A DNA stretch of 64,000 bases from a virus. Taxonomy: Duplodnaviria > Caudoviricetes. A program made the translations under genes and the position numbers. Positions 48,805-57,671 of the stretch are shown in pieces (the first letter of the stretch is position 1; every line of letters begins with the position of its first letter). The notes beneath the pieces are model-generated. The model saw nothing but the letters and a program-made list of their open reading frames with translations, searched no databases and was not told the origin of the DNA. Location: positions 161-64,160 of the IMG/VR virus record IMGVR_UViG_3300047388_000423, one strand, 5' to 3'.

Positions 48805-49146
48805 ATGAGTGACGACGACGACATCACCGCTAACTATCACCGCGGCAATCCGCGCAGCGTCGAAGCGCACGAGAGTATGAAACACCGCAAGCACGGCGAT
48901 TACCTGCGTATCCTCACGTTACTGCATCAGTATCCAGGCGGCCTGATCAGCCAGGAAGCCGGAGACATGCTCGGCATCCAGCATCAAACTTGCAGCGCCA
49001 GATTTTCCGACATGAAGAAAAAGGGCTGGTTGGTATGGAATGGCAAGCGCCTGACACGGTCGGGGCGGAACGCCGACGTGTGGCGAGCAGTGATGCCAAT
49101 CAGCGGTCTTCCGTTATTCGACCAGCCACAGGCGCCAACAGCATGA
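48805..49146 (+). CDS. winged-helix hypothetical protein
   Basis: G....E....L...HQT.SAR...........R.TRSGR.A.VW. Confidence 0.65.
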   Translation: MSDDDDITANYHRGNPRSVEAHESMKHRKHGDYLRILTLLHQYPGGLISQEAGDMLGIQHQTCSARFSDMKKKGWLVWNGKRLTRSGRNADVWRAVMPISGLPLFDQPQAPTA

Positions 49147-49652
49147 CCTGCATTCTCGCCATTGATCCCGGCCTGACCGGCGCAGTCGCGTTCTACTTCA
49201 CCAATCTGCCCTATGCGGTCAGCGTATTCGACATGCCAGTGGTCAATGGCGAAGTCAACGCCGCCGAACTGCGCGATATGATCGGCAACTACAAGCCGGA
49301 CCATGCCATTATTGAGCAGGTCGGTCCGATGCCGCGTGACGGCGTCAAGCAGGCATGGCGATTTTCCGGCGCTTACGCCACGGCGCGGACCGTGGTGGCG
49401 CTGCTCAATATTCCAATGACGCTGGTGGTGCCAGGTCGCTGGAAGAAGGCGATGAACGTCAAGGGCGGACCCGACGGCAAGGAAGAATGCCGGGAGCTGG
49501 CGATCCGGTCATTCCCGGCCTGTGCTGGCCGCTTCTCACGCAAGATGGATCAAGGGCGCGGCGAGGCCGCGCTGCTGGCGCTCTATGCCGCTAAAACTTT
49601 TTACAGAAACACAGCACAGGAGCAAAGCCATGAAGATCATATCAGCCAGTGA
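49143..49652 (+). CDS. RuvC-like Holliday junction resolvase
   Basis: LAIDPG..GA, IE.V, P..WKK, EA.L.A. Confidence 0.8.
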   Translation: MTCILAIDPGLTGAVAFYFTNLPYAVSVFDMPVVNGEVNAAELRDMIGNYKPDHAIIEQVGPMPRDGVKQAWRFSGAYATARTVVALLNIPMTLVVPGRWKKAMNVKGGPDGKEECRELAIRSFPACAGRFSRKMDQGRGEAALLALYAAKTFYRNTAQEQSHEDHISQ

Positions 49653-50469
49653 GCGCATGAAGGAAAGGCGCGGCGTCAAGGCCTTGATTGTGGGCGAGGC
49701 AGGCGTCGGCAAGACAACTCTTCTGCGCACGCTCGACACGAAGTCCACTCTCTTTCTTGATCTTGAGGCTGGTGACCTCGCTGTTCAAGATTTAGATGTT
49801 GACACCCTTAGACCTGACACTTGGGATAGTTGTCGGAATCTGGCCTGTTACCTGACCGGAGCCAACGCATCGCTGCCACCCACCGCGGTCTACAGTCAGG
49901 CGCATTACGACGCCATTGCACCCGACTTCGCCGACACCAACCTGGCGAAGTACGACACTTACTTCATCGACAGCATTACGGTTGCGGCCAGGCTTTGTTT
50001 TCGCTGGTGCGAACAACAGCCGGAAAGCGTCAACGATCGCGGCAAGAAAAACCTGTTAGGCACCTACGGCCTGCTCGGACGCGAGATGATCGGCTGGTTG
50101 AACCAGCTGCAGTTTGCGCGCGGCAAGAACGTGATCTTTGTCGGCATCCTCGAGAAGGAGATCGACGAGTTCAAGCAAGTTCACTGGGATCTGCAGATCG
50201 ACGGTGCCAAGACTGGGAAGGAACTTCCCGGCATCGTCGACGAAATCCTATCACTGGTTTTCGTTGATTTCGGTGATGGCCAGCCAGTTCGTGCCTTTGT
50301 CTGTGATCAGCCCAACCAATGGGGCTACCCGGCCAAGGACAGAGCCGGCAAACTCGACATGATCGAAGAGCCGCACCTTGGCCGGTTGCTGGCCAAGATT
50401 GCCGCCAAGGGGCCGCGCCATCCGGTCGATCATACCCTTCATCAGCCAACCACAAACGAAGCAGCATAG
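49630..50469 (+). CDS. AAA_24/Sak4-like ATPase
   Basis: GEAGVGKT, DLEAG, FIDSIT, AKDR.G.L. Confidence 0.85.
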   Translation: MKIISASERMKERRGVKALIVGEAGVGKTTLLRTLDTKSTLFLDLEAGDLAVQDLDVDTLRPDTWDSCRNLACYLTGANASLPPTAVYSQAHYDAIAPDFADTNLAKYDTYFIDSITVAARLCFRWCEQQPESVNDRGKKNLLGTYGLLGREMIGWLNQLQFARGKNVIFVGILEKEIDEFKQVHWDLQIDGAKTGKELPGIVDEILSLVFVDFGDGQPVRAFVCDQPNQWGYPAKDRAGKLDMIEEPHLGRLLAKIAAKGPRHPVDHTLHQPTTNEAA

Positions 50470-50479
50470 GAGACTAGCA

Positions 50480-51070
50480 ATGTTGGATTTTAATGCAGCC
50501 GAACCACAGCGTGACATGGGTCTGATTGACGATGGCACTGTGGCGATCGTCCAGATCAACGTGCGTCCAGGCAACGCCGGTGAGGGCGGTATGCTCAAGC
50601 GCAGCAAGACCGGCGAGAGCGAGGCGCTCGACTGCGAGTTCACCGTGGTCGATGGCCCCTATGCCAAGCGCAAGTTCTGGACCCTGTTTACCGTTGGCGG
50701 GGTCACCGAAGGACAGAAGAAGGCCGGCGACATTTCCGGCTCGCGAATCCGGGCCATTCTCGAAAGCGCCCGCGGCATCAAGCCCGACGATCAGAGCGAT
50801 GCCGCCAAGGCTGCGCGCCAAATCGACGACTGGGGCGACCTTGATGGCCTGCGCTTTGTCGCCAAGATCGGCGTCGAGAAGGGCAAGGACGGCTTCAAGG
50901 ACAAGAATGTGCTGGAGGCGGCCATTACGCCGGACCGCACAGCGTGGAAGAAGGTGGAGCAGACGTTGCGGCAGGCAGCGGCGGTGGCCTCGATTGGCAG
51001 CACGTTTGGGTCGGCGCCGCAGCCTCCGCAGCCCGGCACCATTCAGAAGCCCGGCTGGGCCCGCGGGTGA
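50480..51070 (+). CDS. putative ssDNA-binding protein (DUF669-like)
   Basis: L.CEF.V..G.YA.RKFW; follows the AAA_24 gene. Confidence 0.65.
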   Translation: MLDFNAAEPQRDMGLIDDGTVAIVQINVRPGNAGEGGMLKRSKTGESEALDCEFTVVDGPYAKRKFWTLFTVGGVTEGQKKAGDISGSRIRAILESARGIKPDDQSDAAKAARQIDDWGDLDGLRFVAKIGVEKGKDGFKDKNVLEAAITPDRTAWKKVEQTLRQAAAVASIGSTFGSAPQPPQPGTIQKPGWARG

Positions 51071-51609
51071 AGGGGCCGGTACAAAAGTTGCGCGACGTCG
51101 AGGCGGAGTGGATGACCAAGGCCACCGACTCCGCCATCGAGGGCGTGCGTGAGGCCATGGGCAGCATCAACAGCCGCGCTGCGATCAGCTCGCTCTCCAA
51201 GCTGGAGCTGGGCTGGATCGCGATGGGGGCGGTGTTCAACTGGATCAAGACCAAGAGCGAGCAGGCGGTGGCGGAAGGCGTCGGCTATGACGAGACCATT
51301 CGCGCCATGAGGCTGCTGCCACCGCCCTGGGAGGTAGGCGCGGTGACGTCGATCCTGCCGACGCTGGGCGATGTTGAAGGCGTGCCCTGGGACAAGCCGA
51401 TGAACGAGTGGTCGAAGCAGCAGATCATTCGTTTCACGTGGAACGCTTATCAGCTGATTGATGCAGCGCTGAAGGCACGCGACGGCGGCGCGCAAGACAA
51501 GCTGACGCAGAAGACACCGCGGGCGGTGGCTGAGCGCGAGTTCAGCGCACGCAACGGCGGGCCATTGCTGGACCGGAAGGAATTAGGTGACGATCTAATC
51601 CCGTTTTGA
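51067..51609 (+). CDS. hypothetical protein
   Basis: GTGA overlap; C-terminal DDLIPF. Confidence 0.6.
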   Translation: MKGPVQKLRDVEAEWMTKATDSAIEGVREAMGSINSRAAISSLSKLELGWIAMGAVFNWIKTKSEQAVAEGVGYDETIRAMRLLPPPWEVGAVTSILPTLGDVEGVPWDKPMNEWSKQQIIRFTWNAYQLIDAALKARDGGAQDKLTQKTPRAVAEREFSARNGGPLLDRKELGDDLIPF

Positions 51610-51619
51610 GGGGGTATTC

Positions 51620-52342
51620 ATGCTTGATTTCAATTCTCCGGTCCCGACTGTTCTCAACGATCAGCTCAACGCTGCGCTGGATGCAGCTGCGCTGATCGAG
51701 GAACGTGAGCAGCATCGGGATTATCTCGGCGCTTCTGCGATCGGTTCGGAATGTCTGCGCAAAGTGCAATTCGATTGGAAGCGCGAGAGCGTGTTCCCGG
51801 CGCGTACTCGGCGGATCTTCAACCGCGGTCACGCCTCGGAGGACAAGATCGCAGCATCGTTTGCTGCTGCCGGTTTTATAATGGAGCGAGGCACGGAGCG
51901 TTGTGGCTTCAGTGCTGTCGACGGCATGTTCCAGGGCCATTGCGATGGCATCCTGCTCGACGGTCCGCGCATTACCGGCCTGAAATACCCCTGTCTTTGG
52001 GAAAACAAATGTCTCGGAGAATCCGGCTGGAAGAAGCTCGAGAAGTACGGCCTGCACGCCGCCTATCCGGTCTATTCCGATCAGTGCCAGATCTACATGG
52101 GCTATCTCGGACTCGATGAAAACCCGGCGCTGTTCACCGCCGAGAACGCCAACAGCTGCCATCTACTGGCGCTGACGGTGGAGTTCGATGCCGTGGCGGC
52201 ACAAGCCGCCAGCGATCGTGCGGTGACGATTATTCGCGCCACGCAGGCCGAAGAGCTGCTGCCGCGCATTACCGACAAGGGGCCGGACGATTGGCGCTGC
52301 AAGATGTGTTCGCACAGCGCGTATTGCTGGAGTTTGAAATGA
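51620..52342 (+). CDS. Cas4-like PD-(D/E)XK exonuclease
   Basis: YLGAS.IG.EC.R, GH.DG, WENK, Q...Y, CKMC.....C. Confidence 0.8.
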   Translation: MLDFNSPVPTVLNDQLNAALDAAALIEEREQHRDYLGASAIGSECLRKVQFDWKRESVFPARTRRIFNRGHASEDKIAASFAAAGFIMERGTERCGFSAVDGMFQGHCDGILLDGPRITGLKYPCLWENKCLGESGWKKLEKYGLHAAYPVYSDQCQIYMGYLGLDENPALFTAENANSCHLLALTVEFDAVAAQAASDRAVTIIRATQAEELLPRITDKGPDDWRCKMCSHSAYCWSLK

Positions 52343-52443
52343 CGGAGGCTTCGAGCTTCAGAGAAGCGGCGACGGTGCCGCAAACACCGCCGCCGATACC
52401 ACCGCCGCAATCCGCGGCATTCTAGCAACGAAGGGAACTTAGC

Positions 52444-53301
52444 ATGGCTATCAAGCGAGAGGAACGAACGATCACCATCCAATTGCTCGAACAGGAAACT
52501 GTCGAGATCTTCTTTCTCGGCAAAACCTGGTTGTTCATGAATCGAATGGCGAAAAAGTCGATAGGGCAATTATTGTTGCCGCCGCTGACGCAAAACCGCG
52601 CCTCGCGTCAACAGGTATTGAAGCACGATCCACCGGCAGAATTCCGCGATTCGATCTATCGCTGCCGCAACGATAAGGCGCCGACACTGGTGCACATGCC
52701 GGAGAATGCGTTCAAGAAAGCAATGGCACAGGCAGCGCTCGGTACGCCAGGCGCGACCAAAGCGGAAATCGGTCGCCATGTGCAGGTGATTGACGAGACC
52801 GTGCACATCTACGGTACGCCATATCTCGACATGCGGATTGTGCGCCAGGCCGGCATCAACAAGACGCCAGACGTGCGAACTCGCGCGATATTCAAGGAAT
52901 GGGGTGGCAAAGTTACGGTGCAGTACACCCGTGGCATCGTCAAGGAGGCCTTTATTGCCAATTTGATGGCAAATGCCGGCAATATCACCGGGGTCGGAGA
53001 CGGCCGGACGGACAAGGGTACGTATAATTTCGGCAGCTGGGAAGTAGTTTCAAAGGACGATCCGAGATTACTCAAGCTGATGAAGGAACACGGCCGCAAG
53101 GCGCAACTGGCGGCGATGGAGCATCCGGTAGCGTCCAATGAAGATACCGAGGAACTGCTTGCCTGGTTTGAGAGCGAGCTGGTCAGGCGCGAGACCGACC
53201 GCAAGCCCGCGAAGACGAAAGCGCCGAAGCTGCCATCGCCGGAAGCGATCACGAGCGCAGCGAAACGAAATGGCAAAACAACCCCGAAAGGTGACGCATG
53301 A
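52444..53301 (+). CDS. stand-alone Cas7/RAMP-like RNA-binding protein
   Basis: N-terminal strand EIFFLG.T.L, MPENAFKKAM..AA helix, RTRAIF.EW, Gly-rich loop AG...GVGDGR..KG...FG.W.V. Confidence 0.7.
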   Translation: MAIKREERTITIQLLEQETVEIFFLGKTWLFMNRMAKKSIGQLLLPPLTQNRASRQQVLKHDPPAEFRDSIYRCRNDKAPTLVHMPENAFKKAMAQAALGTPGATKAEIGRHVQVIDETVHIYGTPYLDMRIVRQAGINKTPDVRTRAIFKEWGGKVTVQYTRGIVKEAFIANLMANAGNITGVGDGRTDKGTYNFGSWEVVSKDDPRLLKLMKEHGRKAQLAAMEHPVASNEDTEELLAWFESELVRRETDRKPAKTKAPKLPSPEAITSAAKRNGKTTPKGDA

Positions 53302-53483
53302 TCGGCGATGTGCAGTTTGACGACGAGGATTGGCTATTCGATGTTGCGCGAGATCTCGATGCAATCATCCGAAACATGCGTTTGATCGATCGCTTCGGAG
53401 GTGGTGACAAAATGAAGGAAATTACAGCATTGCTTGAACAGGCGTTGCAAGAACTGGATCCGACTTATCCGACTTGGAGGTGA
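53298..53483 (+). CDS. small hypothetical protein
   Basis: ATGA overlap with the RAMP-like gene. Confidence 0.55.
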   Translation: MIGDVQFDDEDWLFDVARDLDAIIRNMRLIDRFGGGDKMKEITALLEQALQELDPTYPTWR

Positions 53484-53486
53484 CGC

Positions 53487-54065
53487 ATGATCTCGAAAGA
53501 GAAAGCTGACTACATCACGTCGCTGGCTGACCCTAACGGCTACATTAACCCGAAACGGGTGATTGAGGCGGCGCGCGATCCAACCAGTCCGATTCACACC
53601 GACTTCGAGTGGGATGTTGATGTTGCGGCCGAGCAGCATTGGCTCGACCAGGCACGAACCCTGATCCGGTTCGTCAAACTGACAGTAGAAATCAGCCACC
53701 GCACCGTCGTCGCACCGTACTATGTGCCTGATCCGGAACGGCCGATGCATTCGAAACGCTACGTTGAGCTGACGATCGCCGGACGCGATAAGGAAATAGC
53801 GCAGCAAATTCTGCTTGCCGAGTTGGATCGCATTGCGGCGGCGATCCGGCGCGCGCAGCAGATTGCCGACGTACTCGGTCTTTCCGAACAGCTCGAGCGG
53901 TTGCTCGATGACGTAACCGAAATCAAAACGACAGCTGAGCGTCGGCGGGAAGAAAAGGACCGTAAGCGAACGGCTAAAGTTGTGCGCGGCAAGCGCAAAC
54001 CGCGTGGAGGTGGCAAACCGCGCGGAGGTGGCAAACCGCGCGGAGGTGAAAGGCCGCGGGCGTAA
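53487..54065 (+). CDS. conserved phage protein with basic KPRGGG-repeat tail (partner of the RAMP-like gene)
   Basis: G.I.P..V...ARD..SP.H..FEWD...AA...W..QAR.LIR; 18-bp x3 repeat at 53997-54050. Confidence 0.7.
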   Translation: MISKEKADYITSLADPNGYINPKRVIEAARDPTSPIHTDFEWDVDVAAEQHWLDQARTLIRFVKLTVEISHRTVVAPYYVPDPERPMHSKRYVELTIAGRDKEIAQQILLAELDRIAAAIRRAQQIADVLGLSEQLERLLDDVTEIKTTAERRREEKDRKRTAKVVRGKRKPRGGGKPRGGGKPRGGERPRA

Positions 54066-54076
54066 GAGTGTGAGTA

Positions 54077-54764
54077 GGCACGGCAAGGCAGGCACGGCGG
54101 GGCATGGCTGGGCCTGGCCTGGCGCGGCGCGGCCGGGTCGGGCGCGGTGCGACGAGGCCGGGCATGGCGAGGCAAGGCAGGCACGGCAGGACGGGGCGAG
54201 ACGCGGCAAGGCAGGGCTGGGCATGGTGCGGCTTGGCTTGGCCGGGCGAGGCACGGCAGGCGTGGTTTGGCACGGCAGGCGTGGTTTGGCACGGCAGGCG
54301 TGGTTTGGCACGGCGCGGCGCGGCGCGGTCCGGCGTGGCGAGGCGTGGTCCGGCGTGGCGAGGCACGGCAGGCGCGGCATGGCGCGGTCAGGCATGGCGC
54401 GGCATGTCAAGACTCGGCCAGGCCTGGCTTGGCTCGGCACGGCAGGCACGGCAGGCACGGCAGGCATGGCTCGGCTCGACAGGGCACGGCTCGGCGGGGT
54501 GCGGTTTGGCACGGTACGGCAGGGCAAGGCTGGGCTTGGCAAGGCAGGCAAGGCATGGCTCGGCTCGGCGGGGCACGGCTAGGCGGGGCCGGACTAGGCG
54601 AGGCGAGGCAGGCGTGGTTTGGCACGGCGAGGCTCGGCATGGCACGGTTGGGCCTGGCGGGGCTTGGCAAGGCAGGCACGGCATGGCCCGGCCAGGCTAA
54701 GGCCTGGCACGGCCAGGTCAGGCGAGACGTGGCCAGACGAGGCTAGGCACGGCAGGCGAGGCCA
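54077..54764 (+). ncRNA. GGY-NN pentamer array, putative multi-guide RNA locus
   Basis: Roughly 125 GGC/GGT (a few GAC) + NN pentamers in strict phase, divided by GGCA tetramers into 8 units of 12-17 pentamers plus short units. Confidence 0.75.
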
Positions 54765-54798
54765 AAAGGATACGAGAGGAGAGGAGGGATGCACGGCC

Positions 54799-56844
54799 AT
54801 GATCGACTTCAACAACGCGCCGCTGCAACAGGACGAATCCCAGCTTCGCCATGCTCATAGCTATGAGGTGAGCGCTGAAGATATCCGCGAGCGGCTCAAT
54901 GCGGATGTCGCCAGCTTCCTGCGGTGGCTGTATTGCGGCCGCGCCTTCATCAAGCGAAGCGAAGCGCGGATCGGTGACATCTCCGGCCAGGCCGGGACAT
55001 CATTGGCCATTGAATTATCGGGCAAAGAGGTCGGTCAATGGTTCGATCACGCTACCGAACAGGGCGGCGACCTGATTGCGCTGTACCGCGGCTACATGGG
55101 CTATGCCGGCACTACCGCCCATTTTAGGCAAAGCCTCAAGGAAATCGCCCGCGAATTCCTCCACGATCCAATCGAGCCTGATGCGCGGGTGCTGTGGCGT
55201 TCGACGCCAACGCTGTCGCCAACTGAAAAGATCCTGGCGGATAGCGTTCGGTTTGGGACTTGTCCCCGCACCGAAAACGAGGTGCTGGGACCGCCGGTTG
55301 CGACCTACAAATATCTCGACGTCGACGGCAACATCCTTACCGGCGTTACCCGTTATGAACCGAAGAGCTTTCGGCCGTGGTGTTTCAAGGTTATCGACGG
55401 CGAAAAGAAATGGGTGATTGGCTCGCCGCCGGTCCGGCCGCTGTATCACTTGCCGGAGCTGACCAATGCCAGCGAGGTTGTGCTGGTCGAGGGCGAGGGC
55501 AAGGCGGATGCGCTGGCCAGATTCAACGTGGTGACCACCACCATCATGGGCGGAGCCCATGCAGTGGACAAGACCAACTGGCTGCCGCTGGCAAAGAAGA
55601 AGATCTACATCTGGCCCGACAATGATGACGCTGGAGAAAAATTCGCGAAGGCCGCGACGGCGAAGCTGATCAACATCGGCTGCAGAATCTGGATCGTGCC
55701 GATACCTGGGGGCAAACCTCCCAAATGGGACTGCGGCAACTGCATCGGGGATGGCGAAGATCCGTTGGCGGTGCTGGCCACGGCGATCGAGCTGCTGACC
55801 GATCCCAATCAGCTGATTTTGACCGCAGGTCAATTCGTCGCCGGATTTACCTCGCCGGAATACCTGATCGACGGCATCGTGCAGCAGAGCTATCTCTACA
55901 GCCTGACCGCGCGCACCAATCACGGCAAAACCGCGGTGGCCATGTATGCCGGCAGCACGGTGGCGCGCGGGCTGGCATTTCATGGCCGCGAAACCCGACA
56001 GGGCAGTGTGTTGTTCCTGGCCGGCGAGAACTCGCAAGACATCCGGGCGCGGTTTCTGGTGCTGGCCGAGCACGACAAGTTCGATGCCGATCGGGTGCCG
56101 TTGTATTTCATCGACGGCGTCATCAACATCGCCGCCAGCCTGGCGCGAATTCGCGACGAGGCGGCCAAGATCCCAAATCTGGTGCTGGTGATCGTCGACA
56201 CCGCGGCCGCCTATTACTCCGGCCAGGACAGCAACGACAATACCCAGCAGGGAGAATTCGCTCGCTTGCTTCGCGAATTAATCAAGCTGCCGGGGCGGCC
56301 GGCGGTGATCGTCAACTGTCATCCGGTCAAGAATGCTTCGCATGACAATTTGCTGCCGCTGGGCGGCTCGGCCTTTGTCAACGAGGTCGACGGGAACCTG
56401 ACGCTGTGGTCGGAGACCGACAAGCAGACGTCGCTGCACTGGCAGGGCAAGTTTCGCGGGCCGGAGTTCGAGGCGATGGCGTTCGATCTGCGGACCGTTT
56501 CCTGCGACCGGGTCAGGGACTCCAAGGGCCGGCGGATGCCGTCCGTGGTCGCGGTTCCAATTACCGAGGACGGCGCCGAGCGCAAGGAGAAGGTCGCCGA
56601 GGAGGAGGAGAAGACCGTGCTGCGACTGATCCACGTCGACAAGCAGGCATCGTTCACCTCGATGGCAAGGGCAGCCGGGTTCGTGCTGCCGGACGGAACT
56701 CCATCCAAGGCCAAGGTGCAGCGTGTTGTCGAGAGGCTGAAGGCGGACAAGCTGGTGTTCAAACATCGAGGTTCCAAGTACCGGCTGACCAAAAAAGGCT
56801 GCCGGGAAATCAAGGTCAAATGGGACGATGACGAGGATGAGTGA
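54799..56844 (+). CDS. primase-helicase (TOPRIM + AAA_25/RepA-like)
   Basis: LVEGEGKAD, WPDNDDAG, KWD; ARTNHGKT, LAGE, IVDT; GAGGAG RBS before ATG 54799. Confidence 0.87.
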   Translation: MIDFNNAPLQQDESQLRHAHSYEVSAEDIRERLNADVASFLRWLYCGRAFIKRSEARIGDISGQAGTSLAIELSGKEVGQWFDHATEQGGDLIALYRGYMGYAGTTAHFRQSLKEIAREFLHDPIEPDARVLWRSTPTLSPTEKILADSVRFGTCPRTENEVLGPPVATYKYLDVDGNILTGVTRYEPKSFRPWCFKVIDGEKKWVIGSPPVRPLYHLPELTNASEVVLVEGEGKADALARFNVVTTTIMGGAHAVDKTNWLPLAKKKIYIWPDNDDAGEKFAKAATAKLINIGCRIWIVPIPGGKPPKWDCGNCIGDGEDPLAVLATAIELLTDPNQLILTAGQFVAGFTSPEYLIDGIVQQSYLYSLTARTNHGKTAVAMYAGSTVARGLAFHGRETRQGSVLFLAGENSQDIRARFLVLAEHDKFDADRVPLYFIDGVINIAASLARIRDEAAKIPNLVLVIVDTAAAYYSGQDSNDNTQQGEFARLLRELIKLPGRPAVIVNCHPVKNASHDNLLPLGGSAFVNEVDGNLTLWSETDKQTSLHWQGKFRGPEFEAMAFDLRTVSCDRVRDSKGRRMPSVVAVPITEDGAERKEKVAEEEEKTVLRLIHVDKQASFTSMARAAGFVLPDGTPSKAKVQRVVERLKADKLVFKHRGSKYRLTKKGCREIKVKWDDDEDE

Positions 56845-56891
56845 CGGTATCATGGTGTTGGAAAGCCACAATTTTGACGCAAGTTTTTCGC

Positions 56892-57063
56892 GATACGATT
56901 TTCGCTGTCGTATCAAGCAGATACGAGGCCGATACGATTCGATACGTTTGGCTTCTAAACCATTGAAATCATTGAAGTCGAGTCGCGATACGTATCCGAT
57001 ACGGCACGATGACTTACGATCGTATCGTATCACCCCTCTTCTCTTAGAGAGAGTGCCGATACG
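56892..57063. repeat. 11 GATACG/CGTATC iterons, putative replication origin
   Basis: GATACG at 56892, 56920, 56931, 56941, 56987, 56998, 57058; CGTATC at 56909, 56991, 57021, 57026. Confidence 0.7.
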
Positions 57064-57096
57064 ATTTCAGGTTTTGGAACCAAAAAGGAGGCGACG

Positions 57097-57375
57097 ATGG
57101 CAGAGACCAATCGCAAGCCGCCGGACGAGCTGGCGGAGGTCCGGGAGCGGATCAAGGAACTCAAGAGCCGGGAAGAGGAACTGCGGGAACTCTTGATCGC
57201 CGGCGAGTGTGAGCTGGTTGGCGACGACTTCGCGGCGACGATCTCCAAGGTGGTCTCGGAGCGGATCGATGGCGTCAAGCTCCGCAAGGAACTCGGGCTG
57301 GAGAAGTTGCGGCCGTTCCTGGTTCCATTGGAACGAACGGTGGTCAATGTCGAGCGGATGAGGGGGCGGGAGTGA
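57097..57375 (+). CDS. hypothetical protein
   Basis: AAGGAGG RBS; DELA..R..IK.L...E..L. Confidence 0.7.
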   Translation: MAETNRKPPDELAEVRERIKELKSREEELRELLIAGECELVGDDFAATISKVVSERIDGVKLRKELGLEKLRPFLVPLERTVVNVERMRGRE

Positions 57376-57671
57376 GCGCGGGGAATATGGAACAAAACGG
57401 CAACGATCTGCAGCGTAACAGCTTCACGGTTTGCCTGCTCCGCGCCGACGGCGACTCGGACGTCGTGTGCCACAATGCCTCCTCCCACGACGCTGCCAGG
57501 GAGTTCTGGCACCGCAGCAACAATGTCAGCGCCATCTGCGGCATGGTGCGACGGGTCAGTATCGTCGACAACTACGGCTGCACCAATCTGGCGTGGGAGT
57601 TCGGGCGGGGGTTCACGTTCGACGGGAAAAGGTTTCATCCCAAGCCGGTGTTGCCGGCTGAACCGGGTTAG
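57372..57671 (+). CDS. hypothetical protein
   Basis: RV.I.D.......WE.G.G.TF motif. Confidence 0.55.
   Translation: MSAGNMEQNGNDLQRNSFTVCLLRADGDSDVVCHNASSHDAAREFWHRSNNVSAICGMVRRVSIVDNYGCTNLAWEFGRGFTFDGKRFHPKPVLPAEPG

Noticed and set aside
51620-52342. Cas4-like gene as an adaptation module for the array
   Set aside because: It sits in the common AAA_24/SSB/exonuclease recombination module and no cas1 is present; adjacency alone is not evidence.
54091-54754. Self-targets of the NN strings within this window
   Set aside because: None found by spot-checking translated ORFs; an exhaustive gapped search could not be done by eye, so this remains open.
54077-54764. Classical CRISPR array or simple microsatellite
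   Set aside because: No 25-45 bp repeats with unique spacers; all 16 NN dinucleotides are used, unlike a homogenised microsatellite.
53334-54815. Many overlapping Arg/Gly/Ala- or Pro/Cys-rich ORFs across the pentamer tract, including a 60-aa extension of the primase from 54619
   Set aside because: By-product of a stop-poor 5-nt repeat; period 5 does not fit codon structure, and the primase has its own RBS and ATG at 54799.
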